DNA of 64,000 nucleotides from Candidatus Omnitrophota bacterium (GTDB lineage Bacteria; Omnitrophota; Gorgyraeia; 2-01-FULL-45-10): NCBI GenBank assembly GCA_026387175.1, contig JAPLME010000010.1, positions 138,490 to 202,489 of the forward strand, read 5' to 3'. Shown piece by piece: positions 57,071 to 64,000 of this stretch (position 1 is its first letter; each line of letters starts with the position of its first letter). The notes under the pieces were generated by a model. It saw only the letters and a program-made list of their open reading frames with translations, ran no database searches and was not told where the DNA came from. The position numbers and the translations under genes were made by a program.

Positions 57071-58030
57071 ATGGCAAACCTGAAAGATCTATCGAAACAG
57101 AAGGCTTTATTCACAGGCGGGCATCGCGCGTGCGCGGGCTGCGGCGCCGTAATAATAGCGCGCCAGGTTCTTATGGCCGCGGGCCCCAATACCGTTGTCG
57201 CTAACGCCACAGGCTGTCTCGAGGTGGTTTCGACCATATTCCCGTATACGGCATGGAACGTCCCGTTCGTTCACAGCGCTTTCGAGTGCGCTGCGGCGTC
57301 GATAAGCGGCGTCGAGGCACTTTATAAATCATGGGTGCGTCAGGGTAAATATAATAAGAAAGTAAACTTTATAGCGTTCGGCGGCGACGGCGGCACTTAT
57401 GATATAGGCTTGCAGTCTCTTTCCGGAGCCATGGAGAGGGGACATAATATACTTTACGTCTGTTACAATAACGAAGCATACATGAATACCGGCGTCCAAC
57501 GTTCCGGGGCGACCCCGAAAGGTGCCGATACTACTACCGCTCCCGTAGGCAAGGTTAAGAAGGGGAAGGAGCAGTTCAGAAAAGACCTGACCGAGATCAT
57601 GGTAGCGCATAAAATACCATATGCGGCCCAGTCCGTGGTAGGTAACTGGCGCGACCTGACTTCTAAAGTCGAGAAGGCCCTCGCGATGGACGGGCCCAAA
57701 TTCATAAATGTATTCCAGCCTTGCAGGCTCGGCTGGTCCTATGATCCTGAGATGACATGCGAGATCGGCAGATTATCGGTAGAGACCTGCGTATGGCCGC
57801 TCTACGAGGTAGTGAACGGACAGTATAAAGTCACCAAGCCTAAAGAGAAGAAGCCTCTAGTGGAGTGGATAAAGCTGCAGGGGCGTTTCAGGCATCTATT
57901 GAAGCCCGAGAACAAACAGTTGCTCGACGAGTTACAGACCGCTACGGATAAAAACTGGGAAGATTTGCTTAGGAAAGAATCGCTTACTTCACCGGCCGCC
58001 GAACCAAAACCTTCTCAAACCCTGCGATAG
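57071..58030 (+). CDS. porB: POR beta subunit (TPP-binding)
   Basis: GGHRACAGCG and GDGG TPP/Fe-S motifs. Confidence 0.85.
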   Translation: MANLKDLSKQKALFTGGHRACAGCGAVIIARQVLMAAGPNTVVANATGCLEVVSTIFPYTAWNVPFVHSAFECAAASISGVEALYKSWVRQGKYNKKVNFIAFGGDGGTYDIGLQSLSGAMERGHNILYVCYNNEAYMNTGVQRSGATPKGADTTTAPVGKVKKGKEQFRKDLTEIMVAHKIPYAAQSVVGNWRDLTSKVEKALAMDGPKFINVFQPCRLGWSYDPEMTCEIGRLSVETCVWPLYEVVNGQYKVTKPKEKKPLVEWIKLQGRFRHLLKPENKQLLDELQTATDKNWEDLLRKESLTSPAAEPKPSQTLR

Positions 58031-58725
58031 CCGCAGTCCTTCTTCATATTACAAATTTCACACTGAGATTTTACATTGGAGAATAATCCCATCGGTCCGA
58101 TACCTATTAATCCCGAAATAGATTTTTGCGGTATCATCATATAGCTTTCGGTAAGACGGACGCCTATTTTGGAAAAATCCAGCATCCTATCGAACTTCGC
58201 CTGTTCCTCTATCGGCCAATCGCAGTAGCCGGGGCTGAGCCGCATAGAGACGCTTTTATCTTTAGATCTATATTCTTTCCGCAGATGGTTTTCCAATTTA
58301 TCAGCAAGCGACTCGACGGCAAAAGAACTCGCCCTGTCAAGAAGATAGCCCGATAAGCTTTCTCCTGTTTTCATGAGTCTGGAAGCCTCATTTTCGATGG
58401 CCGGGCCTATGGTCACGAGAAAGATATATATGCTTTGCGCGGGCTTAATATATGACGAAATAGTCTTGCCGGAAAATTCCGCGCCGCCGGCGAGTTTTAT
58501 GGAGTCCGTGTTGTAAGAGAGAACAGCTTTTTTTGTGAAGATCGCTTTAGGCCGAGCCAGGCGCCGGGCCTTATCGATCGATTCGTCGGCGCTATCCAAT
58601 ACCGCGCCGGGCGAGCCGGCAGCGATCCCCTCTTTCTTAAAGAGGATTTCTTTCACCCAGCCCCAATCTATCTCTAGATCCGTCTTTATCATATTAATAT
58701 CATTATACCAGACCTTGACAAACAT
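58015..58725 (-). CDS. Standalone vitamin-B12 methionine synthase activation (reactivation) domain protein
   Basis: RLSPGYCDWP...GVRLTESYMMIPQKSISGLIG matches the MetH activation-domain signature (RPAPGYPACP...LTESFAMWPGASVSG) by eye. Confidence 0.6.
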   Translation of the reverse strand: MFVKVWYNDINMIKTDLEIDWGWVKEILFKKEGIAAGSPGAVLDSADESIDKARRLARPKAIFTKKAVLSYNTDSIKLAGGAEFSGKTISSYIKPAQSIYIFLVTIGPAIENEASRLMKTGESLSGYLLDRASSFAVESLADKLENHLRKEYRSKDKSVSMRLSPGYCDWPIEEQAKFDRMLDFSKIGVRLTESYMMIPQKSISGLIGIGPMGLFSNVKSQCEICNMKKDCGYRRV

Positions 58726-58757
58726 CTCCAGATTAAGGTATTCTAAATGTCAAACAT

Positions 58758-60539
58758 ATGCGCTCCGATATATTAAGAAACCTGTATAATGTCATATACC
58801 AGAATGCCATAAAGCACAAGCAGGGTGTGTCATGGCTCCTTGCTATTATAGTGGCGGTGCTCATCATCGCCTCATATCAGTTTAATGTCCTCGACAGGTT
58901 CGAACTTCTCACTCTGGATTATCGTTTTAACTTAAGGCCCGTCCATCACGGATATCCTGATATAGTCTTTATAGATATGGCCGAGGACAGCATCAATGTG
59001 ATAGGCCGATGGCCATGGCCGAGAAAATGGCATGCCGCTCTTATAAAGATACTCTCTCCTTACAAACCCAAAGCGATAGCTTTCGACGTAGTATTCTCTG
59101 AGCCCCAGGATGAGATAGATGACGCGGCTCTGGAAGAATCTATAAGGCAGGCAGGGGTTGTATATATGCCGTCGATATATGATATCGAAATGGATAAGAG
59201 CCAGGCCCTCTATAAGGGAGATGGGGTCATAGCGATCCATGAGCCGCTGGCAAGGTTCAGGGGCGTGCTGAAAGGCTCCGGGCATATAAACGCGGTGCCG
59301 GACTCGGACGGAATATTAAGAAGGGTGCCGGCTGTAATGAAGCTTGGAGATAAGATAACTTACCAGCTCGGCATAGAAGTGGGAGCGGATCTCCTTGGCG
59401 TTAAGGACGAGGATGTGTCGTTTGACCCGGCGAAGCGCGGGATATCGCTGAAGCGGCCGGATCGCGAAAATATAGAGAATATACCACTGGATAATAAAAA
59501 CCAGTTGATAATTAACTGGCTAGGCAAGTGGGGCAGGGAATTCAACCATTATTCCTATATCGATGTCATAAAGAGCTATGCGTCTATTAAAGAGGGCCAG
59601 AAGCCGCTTATAGACCTGAATGTGTTTAAAGACAAGATATGCATCATAGGGCTTACCGCCGCCGGCCTTATAGATATAAGGCCGATCCCCATAGAGAGCG
59701 CCTATCCTGCCGTCGGGACCAACGCGATGATAATATCGAGCATATTGACGGAAAATTTCGTAACCGAAGCGCCGAATTGGGTCAATATCCTTATCCTGAT
59801 AATAGTGTCGATCGGGGCAACCCTCGCGCTCTGTGACCACCGCCTCTTAAGCGGTATCATGATCACGATGATATCTTCGGTGTCATACGCCATCTTTTCG
59901 ATAGGCTTATTCATTCTGCACAATACGATAGTGGTGACATTCTATCCGGTCCTGGCCATAGGCCTTGCGTATATCCTGACGGCGTCCTATACTCAAATTT
60001 TGCAATCGATCGAGCGGGTGCATCTATTCAAACAGGCGACCCGCGACGGGCTCACTCAGCTTTATAATATAAGGCATTTCAATCTCTTATTCGAAGCCGA
60101 ATTCAGTAACGCCTCTGTCCTGAAATTCCGCGCCCTTTCGATAATAATGGCGGATATCGATAATTTTAAGACTGTGAACGATACGTACGGCCATCAGGCG
60201 GGCGATCTGATACTGAGAGACATCGCCAACATTATACAGTCAAAATGCAGGCAGCTGGATATAGTGGGAAGGTACGGCGGAGAAGAGTTCATCATAATGC
60301 TCAGCGGCGCTAAGGCCTCCGATGCTGCTAATCTGGCGGAAAAGATAAGGACGGCGGTGGAGGACAGGAAGTTCAGGGTCGGTAACGAGGTATATTCCAC
60401 TACGGTGAGCCTGGGTATCGCGGAATATTCCAATGAAAATACCAAGAATGAGCTTATAGAGAAGGCCGATAAGGCGCTGTACCGCTCCAAAAAAACCGGT
60501 AAGAATAAGGTGACGATCTATTCGCCGAATATAGGCTGA
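58758..60539 (+). CDS. Diguanylate cyclase with CHASE2 sensor domain and GGDEF output
   Basis: CHASE2 N-terminal region, TM block, GGDEF with RYGGEEF and the A-site. Confidence 0.85.
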   Translation: MRSDILRNLYNVIYQNAIKHKQGVSWLLAIIVAVLIIASYQFNVLDRFELLTLDYRFNLRPVHHGYPDIVFIDMAEDSINVIGRWPWPRKWHAALIKILSPYKPKAIAFDVVFSEPQDEIDDAALEESIRQAGVVYMPSIYDIEMDKSQALYKGDGVIAIHEPLARFRGVLKGSGHINAVPDSDGILRRVPAVMKLGDKITYQLGIEVGADLLGVKDEDVSFDPAKRGISLKRPDRENIENIPLDNKNQLIINWLGKWGREFNHYSYIDVIKSYASIKEGQKPLIDLNVFKDKICIIGLTAAGLIDIRPIPIESAYPAVGTNAMIISSILTENFVTEAPNWVNILILIIVSIGATLALCDHRLLSGIMITMISSVSYAIFSIGLFILHNTIVVTFYPVLAIGLAYILTASYTQILQSIERVHLFKQATRDGLTQLYNIRHFNLLFEAEFSNASVLKFRALSIIMADIDNFKTVNDTYGHQAGDLILRDIANIIQSKCRQLDIVGRYGGEEFIIMLSGAKASDAANLAEKIRTAVEDRKFRVGNEVYSTTVSLGIAEYSNENTKNELIEKADKALYRSKKTGKNKVTIYSPNIG

Positions 60540-60551
60540 TCAGATCACTTT

Positions 60552-61367
60552 TCACTTTAGCCTTTTTGAAAACCAGTCCAGCATCAATTTTTTCATTCCT
60601 TCGGGATCGGCTTGAATGAGCCGTTCTGCATGGAGCCCGCCCTTTACTAGCTCAAGTTTTTTCTCGACATGCGCCGCGGCGTAAAGCTCTCTCGAATGGC
60701 GGGGTTTGACTATCCAGTCATCATCGCCGTGTATGAATAATATGGGCGTATTCTTTATCCTGCCAACAATATCGACAGGGTCGTTTTTTTTCATGAATGG
60801 ATTGCCTGTCCTTACACCTTTGCCTTCCCAGCCACAATCCATATTGTCTTTAAGGTCGGAGAGCATGGCCGGCTCCCAGAAATGGAAATCTATCATATTG
60901 ATCTTCGATGGGCAGCTGAAGAGCACCATGCTGTCGATGTCATTTCTTTCAGCGGCTGTATCGACAGCCGTCGCCGCGCCTAACGAGAAAGCGGTTACGC
61001 CTATACCTTTATAGCCGCAGGATTTTGCGTAGTCCAGGACGGCCTCCAGGTCAAGGCGCTCTTTTGCCGACCATGTAAACTTTCCGCCGCTCATCCCGTG
61101 CCCCCTGAAATCGAATACTATTACATCATAGGAAGAGGAGAGGAGCTCGGCTGTCTTCTGCATCCATCTGTTTCGCTCGCTGTTATAGAAGCCTGGGCAA
61201 ACGATGATCACGTTATTGAAACCGTTCTTATACCGCTCATATGCTATAGAGATATTATCGGAAGTGCGCAGGGTGCCGGATTCGATTTCAGCGAAAGCCG
61301 GGGCGTAGGCTCCCGTGGCTATAAGGATAGATAAGGCGAGTAATAAGACCAGTTGGATTCTGCTCAT
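60552..61367 (-). CDS. Secreted alpha/beta hydrolase (dienelactone-hydrolase/S9-like)
   Basis: Signal peptide. GxSxG (GFSLGA), later Asp and His (FIHGDDDW). Confidence 0.7.
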   Translation of the reverse strand: MSRIQLVLLLALSILIATGAYAPAFAEIESGTLRTSDNISIAYERYKNGFNNVIIVCPGFYNSERNRWMQKTAELLSSSYDVIVFDFRGHGMSGGKFTWSAKERLDLEAVLDYAKSCGYKGIGVTAFSLGAATAVDTAAERNDIDSMVLFSCPSKINMIDFHFWEPAMLSDLKDNMDCGWEGKGVRTGNPFMKKNDPVDIVGRIKNTPILFIHGDDDWIVKPRHSRELYAAAHVEKKLELVKGGLHAERLIQADPEGMKKLMLDWFSKRLK

Positions 61368-61483
61368 ATGATTAAGTTATATTTTACCTCAAACAGCTTG
61401 CCACAGGCAAGACTTTAACTGTGGACGCAATAAAAGATAGGTGCTATAATCAAGTTTCAAAAATTTCAAAAAAAGAGACGCAG

Positions 61484-62917
61484 ATGAAATATAAACACGC
61501 TTTGTTCTTATACCCTTATATCGAAAACAGTATAGGGATGTGCCTATTCCCGCCCACAGGCCTGGAATATGTGGCCACAAGCGCCAAAGATCATGTCGGT
61601 AAAGTTACGATTGTAGATCTGAGATACGATAAGGTATTGTGCGATACCGGCAACCTGATGGATTTTATACGCAAGGAGATAGATATAATATGCGTAAGTG
61701 TTTCATGGAACCGTCAGGTGGACGAAGTCTACGGGCTTTTGAATCTGATGCCGGATGGGATACCTTTGGTCGTAGGGGGATATAAGGCGACGGAGGATGT
61801 CGAAGAGATATTTAAAAGATGCCCGAAAGTGGGCATCATAGCGAGGGGAGAAGGCGAGGAGACTATAAAGGAAATAGCCAGAGACGAGCCACTGGAAAAG
61901 ATACTCGGAATCTCTTACAGGGCCGGCGGCAAAATAATTCACAATAAGAACAGGCCCTTACCCGATATAAATACCATAACGCCCCCGGACCGTAGCTTAA
62001 GGCAGTATGAATATTCCATGATGTCAAACGACATAAAGATGGCAAGCGTAACCTTCGATACGATCCTGAGCTCGAGGGGTTGTCCGTTTAATTGTAAATT
62101 CTGCACATTTAACATGAATCCCTTGGGGCAGAAAAGAGACTACGCGTCGCGCGACGCGGAATCAGTGGTCAAGGAGATAGAGGGCATCTCCGCCGATATC
62201 ATACTTTTCAGCGACGATAACTTCTTCACCGAGCCCAAGAGGTCCGAAGAGATATGCGATCTGCTGATAGCCCGGAAGATAAAGAAGCGTTTTATCGCGC
62301 AGACCAGGATCGATCTGGCGGAATATCCGGAATTATTAAAAAAGACAGTGAAGGCGGGGTTCAAGATGCTCTTATTGGGCATAGAAAGCCCCCATGACCG
62401 CATACTGACTGCCTTTAATAAGGGCTTTGACCAGGCCACGATAAGAAAACGCTTATCTGTCCTGAGGGAACTGCCCATAATTTTTCACGGTTATTTCATT
62501 TACGGAAATTTAAGCGAGACCGAAGAGGAGATGCTCTATATAGCAAAATTCGCCAAAGAGATAGGCCTGGATTCCATCGCGTTCAGCAAGTTGAGAGTGG
62601 ACAAGTATTCGCCGCTTAAAGAGATCGTAAAGAATACGCCGGGCTATCACCTTACCGTCAAAGGAGAAGTATATTCCGACAAGTACAGCCACTCGTATTT
62701 GAAAAAGATACACAGAAAATTGAGGTTTTCTTTCTATACGCCGTTCAGGGTCCTGAATATTGCCGCAAAGATCCTGAGGGTGAGATTTTTTACCTTCCGC
62801 GAGATAATGTCGTTTGCGGCTGTCGCGCCTTTATTGCTGAGCAGGATCATTAGGAAAGAGATAAAGGAAAAACGGCTGGTCAAGTCCATAAAACAGATAC
62901 TTGGGCATAACAAGTAA
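61484..62917 (+). CDS. B12-binding-domain radical SAM protein (class B)
   Basis: N-terminal B12-binding Rossmann part, then CPFNCKFC radical SAM motif. Track ORF starts at GTG 61421, but TGcTATAAT (61442-61450) lies inside it, so ATG 61484 is preferred. Confidence 0.75.
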   Translation: MKYKHALFLYPYIENSIGMCLFPPTGLEYVATSAKDHVGKVTIVDLRYDKVLCDTGNLMDFIRKEIDIICVSVSWNRQVDEVYGLLNLMPDGIPLVVGGYKATEDVEEIFKRCPKVGIIARGEGEETIKEIARDEPLEKILGISYRAGGKIIHNKNRPLPDINTITPPDRSLRQYEYSMMSNDIKMASVTFDTILSSRGCPFNCKFCTFNMNPLGQKRDYASRDAESVVKEIEGISADIILFSDDNFFTEPKRSEEICDLLIARKIKKRFIAQTRIDLAEYPELLKKTVKAGFKMLLLGIESPHDRILTAFNKGFDQATIRKRLSVLRELPIIFHGYFIYGNLSETEEEMLYIAKFAKEIGLDSIAFSKLRVDKYSPLKEIVKNTPGYHLTVKGEVYSDKYSHSYLKKIHRKLRFSFYTPFRVLNIAAKILRVRFFTFREIMSFAAVAPLLLSRIIRKEIKEKRLVKSIKQILGHNK

Positions 62918-62921
62918 CGTT

Positions 62922-63251
62922 TTACACGAATTTAATTACGATAAGCACGCATACAAAAACCATTACTGCCAGCCCAGCCAAGAAAGCGATATCGGATACC
63001 TTTTCTAATATAAGCCTACGTTTTCTTTCCTTTGTTTTTATTGCCGCATAAGAAATCATACATGCGCTAAGAAAGATTATGGCGTCTATAGCAGTGGCCT
63101 CGTCACCAAGCGTATCGATTTTAGTGAAGGTCGTAATGATATTTAAAATGCCTATGACGGTAAGGCATACTCCAACCATGGCGGCAGATACCGAGAAAAT
63201 ATGAATTGCGATATTCTCTTCTTGTTTTTCAATAAAAGTTTCCTGTGGCAT
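62922..63251 (-). CDS. Small hypothetical membrane protein
   Basis: 109 aa, 3 TM helices. AAGGAG RBS on the minus strand. Confidence 0.5.
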   Translation of the reverse strand: MPQETFIEKQEENIAIHIFSVSAAMVGVCLTVIGILNIITTFTKIDTLGDEATAIDAIIFLSACMISYAAIKTKERKRRLILEKVSDIAFLAGLAVMVFVCVLIVIKFV

Positions 63252-63291
63252 TTTTGTAGCTCCTTATTTATTTTTATTCTACTCCAAACAA

Positions 63292-63326
63292 AAACCCTCT
63301 GCAACTATTTTAGCTACAGAGGGCTA
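63292..63326 (-). terminator. Rho-independent terminator on the minus strand
   Basis: Minus strand reads CCCTCTG-tagctaaaatagttg-CAGAGGG + TTTTTGTTT, downstream of the tRNA-Asn region. Confidence 0.65.
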
Positions 63327-63336
63327 TGTTTTAATA

Positions 63337-63360
63337 TGGCTCCCCCGCGAGGATTCGGCT
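63337..63360 (-). repeat. Direct repeat of the 3-prime 21-24 nt of tRNA-Asn (putative att-site remnant)
   Basis: Minus strand reads AGCCGAATCCTCGCGGGGGAGCCA. The tRNA at 63513-63536 reads GGTTCGAATCCTCGCGGGGGAGCCA. The last 21 nt are identical. Confidence 0.75.
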
Positions 63361-63512
63361 ACTCCGCTCGCAGAGCTCGCTGCGTAGCCAGCCAATTTTC
63401 TGTCGCCCAGAGGGCTTTTCCTCCCTTCGGTCGGCGAAAATTGGCTTCGAATCCTTCTCCAGGAGCCACCAAAACGAGAATGCCCACCGTTAGACGATGG
63501 GCATTCTTCAAT

Positions 63513-63588
63513 TGGCTCCCCCGCGAGGATTCGAACCTCGGACACTCTGGTTAACAGCCAGATGCTCTACCAGCTGAGCTACAGGGGA
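63513..63588 (-). tRNA. tRNA-Asn (anticodon GTT)
   Basis: Minus strand: TCCCCTG acceptor (U1-A72 as in bacterial tRNA-Asn), D-arm AGCTCAGCTGGTAGAGC, anticodon stem TCTGG/CCAGA with loop CTGTTAA, T-arm CGAGG-TTCGAAT-CCTCG, CGGGGGA-G-CCA. Confidence 0.8.
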
Positions 63589-63725
63589 ACGGAAATGCTC
63601 AAAGAGCAAAATTGCGTGTATAGGAATATAACACATATAGGATCTATTTTCAAACGAATTTCAACTAGATAACCCCTACAGGCATTTTGCTTGTAGGGGG
63701 CTTTTATTTGGGTTATAATCATACC

Positions 63726-64000
63726 ATGGCAAAGCAAAATGTCTATATCATCGCCGGTCCTAACGGGTCAGGTAAAACAACATTTGCAAGGTTATTTTTG
63801 CCGGATTATATTAATTGCCCTAACTTTGTAAATGCCGATCTTATTGCATTAGGGCTAGCTCCGTTTGAACCTCGCGCTGCCGCAATAAAAGCCGGAAAGC
63901 TTGTTTTACAGCAAATTCATGAGTATGCAGAGAGAAACGTTGATCTTGCTTTTGAAACAACGTTATCAGGTAAATCATATGCAACCTTACTTAATGAACT
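63726..64000 (+). CDS. Zeta-toxin/AAA_33-like P-loop kinase family protein (3-prime end outside window)
   Basis: VYIIAGPNGSGKTTFA Walker A. No stop before the window end. Confidence 0.55.
   Translation, partial: MAKQNVYIIAGPNGSGKTTFARLFLPDYINCPNFVNADLIALGLAPFEPRAAAIKAGKLVLQQIHEYAERNVDLAFETTLSGKSYATLLNE

Noticed and set aside
63337-63480. Possible tmRNA (ssrA): + strand ends GGAGCC-ACCA, GGATTCGG box, AELAA-stop reading frame
   Set aside because: At about 140 nt it is far too short. There is no G3:U70 Ala identity pair, no pseudoknots and no resume codon. The AELAA codons are part of a near-palindrome. It is better explained as a duplicated tRNA-Asn 3-prime fragment.
1-64000. CRISPR arrays, rRNA genes, transposases/IS elements, integrases
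   Set aside because: No regularly spaced direct repeats, no rRNA-like conserved blocks and no DDE or tyrosine-recombinase motifs were seen anywhere in the window.

Overview
This is a 64-kb bacterial chromosomal window, most likely from a Gram-negative (LptF/G, AsmA, TpsB/TpsA) anaerobe (POR operon, class II NrdJ, several radical SAM enzymes). GC is about 50 %, the DNA is densely coding, and most genes are on the + strand.

Ordinary housekeeping content:
- phoU (3-prime part) and a cold-shock protein gene.
- Two tRNA pairs (Arg-TCG/Leu-TAG and Lys-CTT/Gly-GCC) bracketing a single 720-aa secreted protein gene.
- A ptsN-yvcK-ptsH-ptsI cluster, followed by PGI/PMI, a sugar-phosphate nucleotidyltransferase, metK, ahcY and a class II aldolase-family gene.
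- lptF/G and comF on the minus strand.
- malQ, a HAD hydrolase, a class III aminotransferase, an NSS transporter with an overlapping 34-aa partner ORF, and rlmN.
- An envelope cluster: PEGA protein, GT2 glycosyltransferase, DUF482 acyltransferase, an SMR-like pair and AsmA.
- nrdJ, hemW, an MFS transporter, dnaX, recR, porGDAB, a standalone MetH-activation-domain protein, a CHASE2-GGDEF cyclase, an alpha/beta hydrolase and a B12-binding radical SAM protein.
- tRNA-Asn (minus strand) and the start of a zeta-toxin-like P-loop gene at the window edge.

The accessory region is about 15.9-29.6 kb:
- An AbiE pair in inverted order (AbiEii then AbiEi) sits behind a perfect 38-bp palindrome.
- It is followed by a two-partner secretion locus: tpsB plus a giant, repeat-rich tpsA of about 2,250 aa, interrupted by an apparent +1 frameshift inside near-identical 140-nt repeats.
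- Downstream, three self-contained cassettes on the same strand carry a YhcG-type PDDEXK nuclease, a Phd-PIN pair and a canonical AbiEi-AbiEii pair. Two carry recognisable sigma70-like promoters; the YhcG cassette's was not located.
- Every cassette, and tpsA itself, ends in a copy of a recurring terminator-like boundary element (4 copies).

Other non-coding signals:
- A tandem pair of 53-nt hairpin repeats in the 5-prime UTR of a membrane-protein gene upstream of the POR operon.
- A duplicated tRNA-Asn 3-prime end, consistent with an att-site remnant.
- Several clear Rho-independent terminators.
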